Source of the DNA: Minisyncoccia bacterium
Lineage (GTDB): Bacteria; Patescibacteriota; Minisyncoccia; Phycocordibacterales; UBA9973
Direction of reading: 5' to 3'
Length of the DNA: 64,000 nucleotides
Assembly: GCA_965656375.1 (NCBI GenBank)
Contig: CBFHKH010000001.1
Location: 409,319 to 473,318, forward strand
In this document: piece by piece, positions 26,337 to 36,097 of the stretch
How positions within the stretch are numbered: the first letter of the stretch is position 1
Layout: each line of letters starts with the position of its first letter
Position numbers and translations under genes: made by a program
Notes under the pieces: model-generated
The model's database searches: none
Seen by the model: only the letters and a program-made list of their open reading frames with translations
What the model was told of the DNA's origin: nothing

Positions 26337-28034
26337 TTACATCTTCTCTGGAGTCTTTATACCAAGGAGATAAAGACCATTTTGCATCGTCTGATGAAAC
26401 GCTTCAACTAATGCTACGCGATAATTTGAATATGGATCACTTTTATTCACAATCATTGTATTGCCATAGAATGTATTGAACGCGCTCGCAAGCTCTGTAA
26501 GATACGTAGCGATATGATGTGGCTCAAGGAGTGTATAGGAACGTGCTACAACTTCTGGAAATTGATACAAAGTCTTCTCGAGTATTGTGATTTCACTTGG
26601 AATGTCTGTATATGCTGCACAGATACCTTCCGCTTCTGCCTTCTTTTGTATGGAGTTTGCGCGCACAGCTGTGTATTGTAAATATGGTCCTGAATCTCCG
26701 TCAAATGAAATAGATTTCTCGAAATCGTAGATAATATCACCAGTGAGTGATGAGCGGAGTATCGAATATTTTACTGCCGATACACCGACTATCTTTGCGA
26801 TATTTTCTTTTTCTTCATCACTGAGGTCTCTTTCTTTTACTTTCTCACCAACGACATCCATAGAGTCACGGATGAGCGACTCACCAGTAATGACATTCCC
26901 TTTTCGGGAAGACATCTTTCCTGAAGCAAACTTCATCATGCCGTGAGTAATATGCTTCATCCGCTTTTCATAGTCAGGATGAATGAGTGACACTGCTTTC
27001 TGGACTACTTTCATGTATTCTCCTTGTTCGATCGCTGTGATAATAATAGAAAGATCAGGATTTTCCTTTTCAAACTTGGTCATCATGAGACCAATCTCTT
27101 TTGTCTCATAAAGTGGAATACCCATAGAAGTAATAAATACCCGAGTATGGAGCTTGGGATCATAATTCTCTGCATGGAAAACTATCGCTCCATCGCTTTC
27201 TGTAAATACACTGCCGAGATTCTCTTCAACGATCTTCTTTCCAATTGGCGCCATTTCACTTTCAAAGAAATAGTGATTAAACCTTGTTCCGAGAAGCGCA
27301 TAGATCTCTTCAAATGCATCAAGAGTTACTTTCCTTCCCCAATCATATATTGTATTAATCTCATCATCACTTCGGTCATACACTTTTTTGTTTATGGAAT
27401 CAATTTCTTTTTTCTTTGCTTCATCTGTATCATATGCATCACTTCCTTTTGCATACTGCTCGCCGATCCAGAGCGCACCTTTGCCTTCGTATGATTCACC
27501 AGAATTCATAATACCGTAGATAGCTTTGGCAACATGGGGGCCAACATCACCTTGGTAGTTTGCACGAATTGTATCTGCTCCAGAATATTCAGTAATACGA
27601 GCGATGGATTCGCCGATAGCATTCGTCATAAGGTGTCCAATGTGGAATGGCTTGAATGGATTCGGATCAGTGTATTCCACCATAATCTTTTTACCTTTGA
27701 CTTCTTCATTTTTTCCCCAGTTTTCCTTTTTCTTCAAAATCTCTTTAACACTCTCTGCAAAGAATTCATGTGAAAGATAAAAGTTTATGAATCCCGCACC
27801 GGCAACTTCTAGTTTCGAGATTTCCTTTGGTTGTTCTTTTTCGATTTCTGCTTTTATCTTCTCTGCGAGTTCTCGAGGGTTACTGCCAACTTGTTTTGCG
27901 TATGCCATTGCAACATTTGTCGAATAGTCACCAAAATTTATATCAGAAGGATGCTCAAGGGCAATAGACCCGGCTTCGATACCGAGATTCTTTAATGCTT
28001 CTTTTATTGATGATGAGAGTATATCTTTAATCAT
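26337..28034 (-). CDS. argS: Arginine--tRNA ligase
   Basis: FGDYSTNVAM, EYTDPNPFKPFHIGH, KMSSRKG, SGPYLQY. Confidence 0.97.
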   Translation of the reverse strand: MIKDILSSSIKEALKNLGIEAGSIALEHPSDINFGDYSTNVAMAYAKQVGSNPRELAEKIKAEIEKEQPKEISKLEVAGAGFINFYLSHEFFAESVKEILKKKENWGKNEEVKGKKIMVEYTDPNPFKPFHIGHLMTNAIGESIARITEYSGADTIRANYQGDVGPHVAKAIYGIMNSGESYEGKGALWIGEQYAKGSDAYDTDEAKKKEIDSINKKVYDRSDDEINTIYDWGRKVTLDAFEEIYALLGTRFNHYFFESEMAPIGKKIVEENLGSVFTESDGAIVFHAENYDPKLHTRVFITSMGIPLYETKEIGLMMTKFEKENPDLSIIITAIEQGEYMKVVQKAVSLIHPDYEKRMKHITHGMMKFASGKMSSRKGNVITGESLIRDSMDVVGEKVKERDLSDEEKENIAKIVGVSAVKYSILRSSLTGDIIYDFEKSISFDGDSGPYLQYTAVRANSIQKKAEAEGICAAYTDIPSEITILEKTLYQFPEVVARSYTLLEPHHIATYLTELASAFNTFYGNTMIVNKSDPYSNYRVALVEAFHQTMQNGLYLLGIKTPEKM

Positions 28035-28453
28035 TTTTTGCCTGTGCTTCCAAAACTTCCTTCTCCACGTGCTGATTCACTTAATGTATCAGTTTCCTCA
28101 AGTTCTGCAATAGCTACTGGATAGATGATGAGCTGTGAGACTTTATCACCTGCTTCTATTGTATATGGCTCTGTGCCGAGATTCACCAAATGCGTATTGT
28201 ATTCACCTCGGTATCCCGCATCAAATACTCCTCCCATAGTATGGAGATATGCTTTTGAAATACTGGATTTATCCTTCACAATAGCGGCATAACCAACCTC
28301 AAACTCAAGAGCAAACCCATGCCAAATCCGCATATGCCCCATCGGAGGTATAATTACCGCTTCCGTAGCATAGAGATCCATCCCTACATCTCCTGGATGT
28401 GCATAGGTCGGAAGTTTTGCTTCATCTTTTAATTTTTTAACTTTGATATGCAT
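28031..28453 (-). CDS. dut: dUTP diphosphatase
   Basis: GDVGMDLY, GVFDAGYRGE, SARGEGSFGSTG. Confidence 0.95.
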   Translation of the reverse strand: MHIKVKKLKDEAKLPTYAHPGDVGMDLYATEAVIIPPMGHMRIWHGFALEFEVGYAAIVKDKSSISKAYLHTMGGVFDAGYRGEYNTHLVNLGTEPYTIEAGDKVSQLIIYPVAIAELEETDTLSESARGEGSFGSTGKK

Positions 28454-28457
28454 TCTA

Positions 28458-29150
28458 TTATTTTAAAACCTTCCTTACTTTTTCATATACCGTTTCATGG
28501 ATCGCATCTCGAGACAATATCTTCTTTTTCGGAGCACAATCAATCTTGAGGAAATTTTTCTGTGTCTTTGCAAGCCAAAGTGCGCTCGCGCGTGAATTCT
28601 TTTGGAATTCTGTATCTACTTCATGAACATCTTTTTTTGTACCAACATAATTTCTCTTTGAAGCGAGATTGCGCTCTTTCATCATCTTTAAACTCAGATC
28701 AAGTGGTACTGATAGATAGAGAACGATATCTGGCTTTGGAATCTTGAAAACTTTGTATTCCATTTCGTTGAGCCATTCTATGAATGCCTGACGCTTGGCT
28801 GCACTCTTTATCTTGCCTCCTTGGTGAATCTGATTTGCACTCACATATCGATTCGCAATTACTATGTATCCCTTCTTTAACCACAATTCCATTTCTCCTT
28901 TTGATTCAGAACGATCAGCCGCATAGAGTACCGATGCGATCTTTGGATGCACTTTTACAAAGTTATAGTATTGCTCAGAAAGACAGTGGCCAATAAATTT
29001 ACCGAAAAAATTTTTGTAGTATTCTGGAAAGTCTACAGTCTTTACCGTATACCCGTCTTTTTTCAATCGTTTCACTAAAAGGCCAACTTGCGTCGCCTTT
29101 CCTGATCCATCTGTACCATCGATAACAATTAATTTTCCTTTTTTATTCAT
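28458..29150 (-). CDS. tmk: Thymidylate kinase
   Basis: IDGTDGSGKATQ P-loop, LYAADR, NRYVSAN, KPDIVLYL. Confidence 0.93.
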   Translation of the reverse strand: MNKKGKLIVIDGTDGSGKATQVGLLVKRLKKDGYTVKTVDFPEYYKNFFGKFIGHCLSEQYYNFVKVHPKIASVLYAADRSESKGEMELWLKKGYIVIANRYVSANQIHQGGKIKSAAKRQAFIEWLNEMEYKVFKIPKPDIVLYLSVPLDLSLKMMKERNLASKRNYVGTKKDVHEVDTEFQKNSRASALWLAKTQKNFLKIDCAPKKKILSRDAIHETVYEKVRKVLK

Positions 29151-29499
29151 TTTCTTTTATTTGTGGCGGATTCTTTGAATCCAAAATGATCTTTTCGAGA
29201 TCCTCTGTTTGTTTAATATTTCTGAGTCGTACTATCAATGCATTATAGAAAGAAATCAATTCCTGATAGTATGTATCTTTCTTTATATCAGTTGATAGTT
29301 CTAATTTTCGATCATCTAATTGTTCAGCAAATGTCATGAGAGTAGATACATTCTGGCGTATCGTTTCAACCGACGCTTTTCCTTTCGATAAAAAGTCAAA
29401 TCCTGCTATCTGATTTTTCATGTCATTAACAAGCTCCATAAAATCTTCATGTTCTGTGATTGTCTTTTTTTGTTCTGGTTTATTTAATCCTTCAGGCAT
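29143..29499 (-). CDS. Hypothetical protein
   Basis: Fills gap in operon; start reassigned to MPEGLNK. Confidence 0.6.
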   Translation of the reverse strand: MPEGLNKPEQKKTITEHEDFMELVNDMKNQIAGFDFLSKGKASVETIRQNVSTLMTFAEQLDDRKLELSTDIKKDTYYQELISFYNALIVRLRNIKQTEDLEKIILDSKNPPQIKENE

Positions 29500-29504
29500 A
29501 TTAT

Positions 29505-29966
29505 TTATTCTCCTAATTCTTTTAATGCTTCTTCTGCATAGAATCGTATATTTGGTACAAGATCCATTGTGGCAAGATCTTCTTTTGTGCACCATCTGAT
29601 TTCAACGCCTTTTTCATGATCAAGTATTGAATCAGAGATCGTATCTGACTTGCATGTTGCAAAATATACCATAAACACGTGTTCATGGATATCATTAACT
29701 TTATTTCGTCCCATATATCGTGGAGAAGGAATAGGTTTTATCAAGTCATCAGTTGGTGGAACCTTGCCAGATGCAATTACGATATCAAGACCTACTTCCT
29801 CTTTTGCTTCTCTGATTACAGCTTCGATTGGATCTTCATCCAATTCTATATGACCTCCAGGCACGAGCCACCGGTGATGCTTTTCATGCATACGAAGAAG
29901 AACTTTATTCTTGTACACAATAAATACATCTACAGTGAAATCTATTTTTTCATGAATATGGGGCAT
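29505..29966 (-). CDS. Nudix hydrolase
   Basis: WLVPGGHIELDEDPIEAVIREAKEEVGL. Confidence 0.92.
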   Translation of the reverse strand: MPHIHEKIDFTVDVFIVYKNKVLLRMHEKHHRWLVPGGHIELDEDPIEAVIREAKEEVGLDIVIASGKVPPTDDLIKPIPSPRYMGRNKVNDIHEHVFMVYFATCKSDTISDSILDHEKGVEIRWCTKEDLATMDLVPNIRFYAEEALKELGE

Positions 29967-29970
29967 ATTA

Positions 29971-30543
29971 TTATAAATAATCTTTTAGTATTTCATAAAT
30001 TTCGGGCCGCTCTTTTTCTAAATAGGCTCGGGATTTAAGCGGTAACTTTTTTATTTCTAATCCATATGTATTGGCAAGTTTTAGAATTTTATCTTCAGCT
30101 TCCTTCGCTTTATCTTTATCATCTACCATAACTTCAATCTCAACAGCATTATAACCAAAGCTCGTTTCATCTATATCAATATTAAAATCTTCTTTTTTGT
30201 ATTTTTTTCTTTTCGTAGTGAAATCACATACATATTGCATATCATTCAAAACAATTTCATTGAGAGAACGTGTGTCTTTTGTAAATCCGAGAAAATCTTT
30301 TATCTCTTGATCATTTTCAATTTCTCGAGCAATCTCGATAGTAGATACTGTATCAGGCTGGTAAATCTTCATTTCGTATCCAGAATCTCTTTTGCGTAAT
30401 CTATTTCCTGATTTGTATATTCTAAAATCAGGAAAATCATAATATAAATCACGTATATTTTTTTCTCCAAGAAATTCTGCGTCTTCAAGTAAAGCTGCCA
30501 TCTGTTCTTCTGTTGGTTGGAATTTTCTTTCTACTTCTATCAT
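29971..30543 (-). CDS. CYTH domain (triphosphate tunnel) protein
   Basis: MIEVERKF ExExK motif, DLYYD, RLRKR, EIEVM; start reassigned. Confidence 0.88.
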   Translation of the reverse strand: MIEVERKFQPTEEQMAALLEDAEFLGEKNIRDLYYDFPDFRIYKSGNRLRKRDSGYEMKIYQPDTVSTIEIAREIENDQEIKDFLGFTKDTRSLNEIVLNDMQYVCDFTTKRKKYKKEDFNIDIDETSFGYNAVEIEVMVDDKDKAKEAEDKILKLANTYGLEIKKLPLKSRAYLEKERPEIYEILKDYL

Positions 30544-30544
30544 A

Positions 30545-31801
30545 TTAGATAAAACTCTTTGGTATTGGATGCTTATGGGCAAGAGCTTTAACTTTGTCTT
30601 TAATCTCGGCCTTCTTGCTTGCATCATCTTTATTTCTAAGTGTCTCTATGAGAAGCTTTGCAACTTCCGCACAATCTTCTTCTTTAAATCCTCGCGTTGT
30701 AATCGCAGGTGTTCCAAAGCGAATACCAGACGGATCAAGTGGTTTACGAGTATCGTTTGCTATCGAGTTCATATTAAGCGTAATTCCTACCTCATCAAGG
30801 ACTGTCTGTGCTTCCTTGCCTGTTACTCCGAGCGAGCCGAAAACATCGGCGAGAATAAGATGATTGTCTGTTCCTCCACCAATCATACGCACACCTTCAT
30901 CCTTGAGAACTTTTTCCATTGCTTTCGCATTTTTGAGTACCTGCTGGGCATATTCTTTGAATTCCGGGCGAAGTGCTTCACCAAATGCAATCGCTTTTGC
31001 TGCAATCGTATGCATGTGTGGACCACCTTGAATTCCAGGAAAAATAGATTTGTCGATCTTCTTTGCGATTTCTTCGTCCTCACGAGTAAGTATCATTCCT
31101 CCGCGTGGACCACGAAGTGTCTTGTGAGTAGTAGTTGTAATGATGTCGAATCCAAAATCAAATGGATTCGGAAGTGCCTTCGCAGCGATGAGCCCCGCGA
31201 TGTGCGCCATGTCTGCCATTGTGATCGCACCGACTTCTCGGGCTATATCTACGAACTTCTGATAGTCCAGAGTGCGTGAATATGCAGAGAATCCAGCAAG
31301 GATGATCTTTGGTTTTGTTTCGAGTGCAACTTCTCGAAGAGCATCATAATCTATCTCTCCTGTTTCTGGATCTTTCATTTTGTAGGTGACGAAGTTATAG
31401 ATCTTTGCAGGCAGAGTCATAGGATGACCGTGCGTTAGGTGTCCGCCATGAGAAAGATCCATACCAAGGACAGTATCTCCCGGAGAAAGAAGTGCAGCAT
31501 AGACTGCAAGATTTGCAGGCGCACCAGAGTGTGGCTGAACATTAGCATACTTGGCACCAAAGAGTTCGCATGCACGCGCTATTGCAAGTCTCTCGACTTG
31601 GTCTGTAAAATCCTGTCCACCATAGTATCGCTTGCCTGGATATCCTTCAGAATATTTGTTTGTGAATACTGAGCCGTTAGCTTCTCGGACTGCCATCGAG
31701 ACATAGTTTTCTGATGGTATGAGCTCGAGTCCATCCTCCTCACGAGTAATCTCCCCGTCTATAGCTTTTTGCACCTCTTCGTCCTGTAGTTCGATATACA
31801 T
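30545..31801 (-). CDS. glyA: Serine hydroxymethyltransferase
   Basis: LIPSENY, NKYSEGYPGKRYYGG, TTTTHKTLRGPRGG. Confidence 0.98.
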   Translation of the reverse strand: MYIELQDEEVQKAIDGEITREEDGLELIPSENYVSMAVREANGSVFTNKYSEGYPGKRYYGGQDFTDQVERLAIARACELFGAKYANVQPHSGAPANLAVYAALLSPGDTVLGMDLSHGGHLTHGHPMTLPAKIYNFVTYKMKDPETGEIDYDALREVALETKPKIILAGFSAYSRTLDYQKFVDIAREVGAITMADMAHIAGLIAAKALPNPFDFGFDIITTTTHKTLRGPRGGMILTREDEEIAKKIDKSIFPGIQGGPHMHTIAAKAIAFGEALRPEFKEYAQQVLKNAKAMEKVLKDEGVRMIGGGTDNHLILADVFGSLGVTGKEAQTVLDEVGITLNMNSIANDTRKPLDPSGIRFGTPAITTRGFKEEDCAEVAKLLIETLRNKDDASKKAEIKDKVKALAHKHPIPKSFI

Positions 31802-31852
31802 ATGCCAATTTTAGCACGTTGAACAAGAAAGCAAAAACTGTATAATGAAACT

Positions 31853-32794
31853 ATGAAAGAAGACCATGTAGACCTAATTTATCTCGACCTTTTAGAGCGT
31901 ATCAAGCGTGAAGGTGCAAAGAAAACTGATCGTACAGGTACTGGTACCCTCTCTCTCTTAGGTCACCAGATGCGTTTTGATCTATCAAAAGGATTCCCGC
32001 TACTCACAACAAAAAAGCTGCCGATCAAAGCGATCATCCATGAATTGATTTGGTTTCTTCGTGGCGATACAAATTTAAAATATCTTGCAGATAACAATGT
32101 ACATATTTGGGATGAGTGGCCGTACAAAGCGTACCTACTTAAAAACAACATCGAAGTTCCGAAAACTGGAAGTGATGAATGGAATACTGGTATTAAAGAA
32201 TTCATTGAAAGAATAAAAACAGATGATCAATTTGCAAAAGAGTATGGCAACTTGGGTCCTATTTATGGATACCAGTGGCGAAACTGGCCAGCTCCGAATG
32301 GCGAACATATTGATCAGTTAAAAAATGTTATAGATCAAATAAAACAAACTCCAGATTCTCGCAGACTTATAGTTTCTGCTTGGAATGTCGCGGATATAGA
32401 CGAGATGGCAAAAGCGGGACTCCCCCCATGTCATTGTCTTTTTCAATTTTATGTTGCTGATGGCAAGCTCTCGTGCCAACTCTACCAGCGTAGTTGTGAT
32501 ACATTCTTAGGTGTGCCGTTTAACATTGCATCATATGCTTTGCTTACAATGATAATCGCTCAAGTTACAGGACTTACTCCTGGAGAATTTGTATGGACTG
32601 GTGGAGACACGCATCTGTATCTCAATCATTTGGAACAAGCAGACCTCCAACTCTCAAGAAAAGACGACATTCGCCCAATGCCAACAATGAAAATCAATCC
32701 AGAAAAGAAAAGTATAGAAGACTTTACTATAGAAGACTTCGAACTTGTCGATTACAATCCTCACGATGCTATCAAAGCACCGATCGCTGTATAG
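31853..32794 (+). CDS. thyA: Thymidylate synthase ThyA
   Basis: [28 protein letters not shown]. Confidence 0.98.
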   Translation: MKEDHVDLIYLDLLERIKREGAKKTDRTGTGTLSLLGHQMRFDLSKGFPLLTTKKLPIKAIIHELIWFLRGDTNLKYLADNNVHIWDEWPYKAYLLKNNIEVPKTGSDEWNTGIKEFIERIKTDDQFAKEYGNLGPIYGYQWRNWPAPNGEHIDQLKNVIDQIKQTPDSRRLIVSAWNVADIDEMAKAGLPPCHCLFQFYVADGKLSCQLYQRSCDTFLGVPFNIASYALLTMIIAQVTGLTPGEFVWTGGDTHLYLNHLEQADLQLSRKDDIRPMPTMKINPEKKSIEDFTIEDFELVDYNPHDAIKAPIAV

Positions 32795-32796
32795 GT

Positions 32797-33315
32797 ATGA
32801 TCATCTCGCAAATAGCTGCAGTTGCACAAAATGGTGTCATTGGAGGAGGTAATACCCTCCTTTGGGATTTGCCTGCTGATATGAAGCACTTTCGTGACAC
32901 TACTCGCGGACATACTGTCATAATGGGAAGGAAGACATTTGAAAGTATTGGTAAACCATTACCAAATAGAAAAAATATCGTGATAACACGTGATGCAAGC
33001 TATACTCATGATGGAATAGATGTAGTAGGCTCCCTTGAAGAAGCATTGCGCCTGGCCGCGCTCGAACAAGGGAAAGAATTTGAGGAAAATCAGGAAGAAG
33101 TCGAGGTGTTTGTAATCGGTGGAGGAGAAATATACAAACAGGCAATGGAGAAAGCAAATAAACTCTATATTACGGAAATCCATCAAGACTTCGAAGGAGA
33201 TACGCTATTTCCTACCATTGATAAAAATATATGGAAGGAAACAGTCCGCGAAGATCACAAAGATGAATCAATTCCTTATTCATTTATAGAATACAAAAAG
33301 ATTGACCAAAAATAG
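32797..33315 (+). CDS. folA: Dihydrofolate reductase
   Basis: IAAVAQNGVIG, WDLPADMKHF, IMGRKTFESI, VIGGGEIY, GDTLFP; start reassigned to ATG just after thyA stop. Confidence 0.96.
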   Translation: MIISQIAAVAQNGVIGGGNTLLWDLPADMKHFRDTTRGHTVIMGRKTFESIGKPLPNRKNIVITRDASYTHDGIDVVGSLEEALRLAALEQGKEFEENQEEVEVFVIGGGEIYKQAMEKANKLYITEIHQDFEGDTLFPTIDKNIWKETVREDHKDESIPYSFIEYKKIDQK

Positions 33316-33336
33316 CTAATATGCGAAACTCATACC

Positions 33337-33873
33337 ATGATCCTCTCTGACACAAAAATTTTAGAACATATAGAAAAGGGCGACATTGTTATCACACCAT
33401 TTGATCCTGTGAACATGGGTGGCAATTCATATGATGTACATTTGAGTAAATATTTTGCTCAATATGTAGATGATGAAATAGATGCCAAGAAGCACAATCA
33501 AATTAAACATTTCGAAATTCCTGATGAAGGATTTGTCCTTATGCCTGGAGAATTGTATCTCGCCTCAACTCTTGAATACACAGAATCCCACATCCATGTA
33601 CCCTTCCTCGAAGGAAAGTCATCGACAGGAAGACTTGGGATTGATATCCATGCTACAGCAGGTAAGGGTGATGTTGGATTCTCTGGCTACTGGACGCTTG
33701 AGATTTCAACATCAAAACCTGTACGAATATATCCTGGCATGCCGATCGGACAACTAATCTATTATGTTGTCGAAGGTCCTGTAGAGCGCGTCTATCACAA
33801 AAAAGAAACTGCAAAGTATAGTGATCAAGGAAAACTACCAAAAGAATCCATGATGTGGAAAAATCTTCAATAA
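33337..33873 (+). CDS. dcd: dCTP deaminase
   Basis: MILSD, SYDVHL, EGKSSTGRLGI, DVGFSGYWTLEI, PIGQL. Confidence 0.95.
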   Translation: MILSDTKILEHIEKGDIVITPFDPVNMGGNSYDVHLSKYFAQYVDDEIDAKKHNQIKHFEIPDEGFVLMPGELYLASTLEYTESHIHVPFLEGKSSTGRLGIDIHATAGKGDVGFSGYWTLEISTSKPVRIYPGMPIGQLIYYVVEGPVERVYHKKETAKYSDQGKLPKESMMWKNLQ

Positions 33874-33907
33874 TAAAAACTCCTCAGTATTTGAGGAGTT
33901 TTTATTA
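33871..33907. terminator. Bidirectional terminator
   Basis: taataaaaactcctca-gtatt-tgaggagtttttatta between convergent dcd and htrA. Confidence 0.85.
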
Positions 33908-33908
33908 T

Positions 33909-35228
33909 TTACATTCCATCTGGTGCAGCATCGAGGGTAAGCGTGAGCGTTTTCTCAACTCCTTTCGAAAGGACCTTTAGTGTTATCCTATCGCCTACTT
34001 TTTTAGATCGTATAAGAGATGCGAAATCATTGTCTTCTTTTATCTTTGTACCATTCATCTCAAGTACGATATCATTCTCAACGATACCTGCACGATCAGC
34101 AGGCGATCCGGGGATAACTGCGATTTCGGCCGCTCCCTTGCCACGGGCGACTAACACTCCATAGTCAACAGAAAGATTGTTCTTCGTTTTCAGATCAGAA
34201 GTAATGGTAACATACCGGAATCCTACATACGGCCGTACAATCTTCCCGGTTCTTTTCACTGAATCTATTGCACTTTTTACACTATTCACAGGGAGCGCAA
34301 ATCCTACATTTGAAGATCCCTGAACAACTGCGACATTAATACCGATCACATTGCCATGAAGATCAAGCAATGGGCCACCAGAATTCCCAGGATTAATCGC
34401 TGCATCAGTTTGAATTACTTTATCGAGTCTCTCCGACATTCCTTGTCCATCACCTGCAATCACTGAGCGGGAAAGTCCAGAGACAACACCGACTGAAACA
34501 GTATTTTTAAATTCACCAAGTGCATTGCCGATAGCGATGACACTCTGCCCTACTTCGAGAGCATTCGAGTCGCCAAGATTCAAATACGGAAGCCCACTTG
34601 CTGTAATTTTTATAAGTGCTATATCGAGAATTCCGTCTCGTGCGAGAACTGTCGCATTGTATTTAGTCCCATTATTCAGAAGTACTTCGTAAACCGCATT
34701 TGTATCAGAAACGACATGCTTGTTCGTTACGATCAAACCATCTGAAGATATGAGAAATCCGGAGCCGCTACCAATCTGCTTCTTTTCAGTTCCGTTCTCC
34801 TTATACGTTGGAGTCTGGAACAATCCCGGGAACATTCCACCGAATGGATCACTTCCTTGGTCATACGATACCTCATATTTTGGAACTTCTTTACTCACAA
34901 CGATAGATACGACTGCTGGTCGTGCTATCTTTACAGCATCCACTACGGTTTCCTGTCGTGTAGAAGCTGTTTGAAGCGGTACTGTGTCAGCGACTTTAGC
35001 TGCTAGATCCCCTGGCAAGGTTATATCGTTTGTACTGGCAATTTGATTTTGCTCTTTGGTATATCCCGTTGCTAAAACTTTAAAAATAGCTGCTCGATAA
35101 TGCCATGCAAGAAGTGCAAATAGAGAAAGTGTGATAATCACCGTGGCAAGACTGATAAGGATAGTCCGAACCACAGGATCCCTAAACATTTCCTTTATTT
35201 TCTTTACGGTCAAACGTGAATTTTCCAT
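33909..35228 (-). CDS. htrA: HtrA/DegP-like membrane-anchored serine protease with PDZ
   Basis: GSGF, TNKHV, DIAL, IQTDAAINPGNSGGPL, C-terminal PDZ; N-terminal TM. Confidence 0.94.
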   Translation of the reverse strand: MENSRLTVKKIKEMFRDPVVRTILISLATVIITLSLFALLAWHYRAAIFKVLATGYTKEQNQIASTNDITLPGDLAAKVADTVPLQTASTRQETVVDAVKIARPAVVSIVVSKEVPKYEVSYDQGSDPFGGMFPGLFQTPTYKENGTEKKQIGSGSGFLISSDGLIVTNKHVVSDTNAVYEVLLNNGTKYNATVLARDGILDIALIKITASGLPYLNLGDSNALEVGQSVIAIGNALGEFKNTVSVGVVSGLSRSVIAGDGQGMSERLDKVIQTDAAINPGNSGGPLLDLHGNVIGINVAVVQGSSNVGFALPVNSVKSAIDSVKRTGKIVRPYVGFRYVTITSDLKTKNNLSVDYGVLVARGKGAAEIAVIPGSPADRAGIVENDIVLEMNGTKIKEDNDFASLIRSKKVGDRITLKVLSKGVEKTLTLTLDAAPDGM

Positions 35229-35280
35229 ATACGTTGTATTATATCAAAACTTATTTTATAAATAAAAATACTTTTTTACC

Positions 35281-36075
35281 TTACGCAAAAAAGCCTTCAT
35301 TTTTCAGATTGTCATACTCACGCTCAATGATTTCCTTAGCATACGGCAATACATGAATGAGAGAGCGCTTTGTCGTCGTATGGTCTACTGTATAGCTTCG
35401 AATAATCGCTCCGCGAACCTCACGAATTGATCCTTTGAATGTGCTCTGACGTGTATGGTGTTTGCTCTTACGACTTGGGTTCGGAATCGTCATTTTTAAA
35501 AATACTCCATAATCCATGAGTGCGTTGTACCATTCCTTAGGATATTCACTATCCATATATTTTCCTATAAGCGGTAGAAGTTTCGTATCGGGAATTTTCT
35601 TTGATTTTGGAAAAAAGAAATGAATGAACACTGCTCGTATGTTTGTTTCAATAAGAACTTGTGACTTTTCATAGGCAAACACCATAATCGCAGATGCGGT
35701 ATACGGACCGATACCAGGAAGAGCGCAGAGCTCTTCATATGTTTTTGGGAATATTCCTTTATAATGTTTTACAACTGTCCGTGCGATACGAGAGAGATAC
35801 AACGCCCGACGATTATATCCAAGCCCTTGCCACATTTCCAATACCTCTCTCGTAGATGCGGTGGCGAGAACTTTAATAGTAGGAAACTTTTTCAGGAATG
35901 CTTTGTATTTTGGAATAACTCTCGGTGCTTGTGTTTGCTGGAGCATAAGCTCAGAGACGAGAACCTTGTATGGATCACGCGTTTCTCGCCATGGCAGGGA
36001 GCGTTTATTTTTCCTGTAGTAGGTATACATTTTCGATTGGAATGCTTTCTTTGTAAGGCGATTTGGAGTATCCAT
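35281..36075 (-). CDS. mutY: A/G-specific adenine glycosylase (MutY-like, short, no Fe-S motif)
   Basis: LPWR, VSELMLQQTQ, WQGLGYNRRA, LPGIGPYTA HhH. Confidence 0.85.
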   Translation of the reverse strand: MDTPNRLTKKAFQSKMYTYYRKNKRSLPWRETRDPYKVLVSELMLQQTQAPRVIPKYKAFLKKFPTIKVLATASTREVLEMWQGLGYNRRALYLSRIARTVVKHYKGIFPKTYEELCALPGIGPYTASAIMVFAYEKSQVLIETNIRAVFIHFFFPKSKKIPDTKLLPLIGKYMDSEYPKEWYNALMDYGVFLKMTIPNPSRKSKHHTRQSTFKGSIREVRGAIIRSYTVDHTTTKRSLIHVLPYAKEIIEREYDNLKNEGFFA

Positions 36076-36097
36076 TTTTCTACTATACTATAGAGGT

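Noticed and set aside
30569-31279. 236 aa plus-strand ORF
   Set aside because: Antisense shadow of glyA; the same applies to the many other short antisense ORFs in the track
32593-32796. Apparent N-terminal extension of DHFR overlapping thyA (possible fusion or frameshift)
   Set aside because: thyA ends normally (IKAPIAV-stop) and a proper ATG for folA follows 2 nt later
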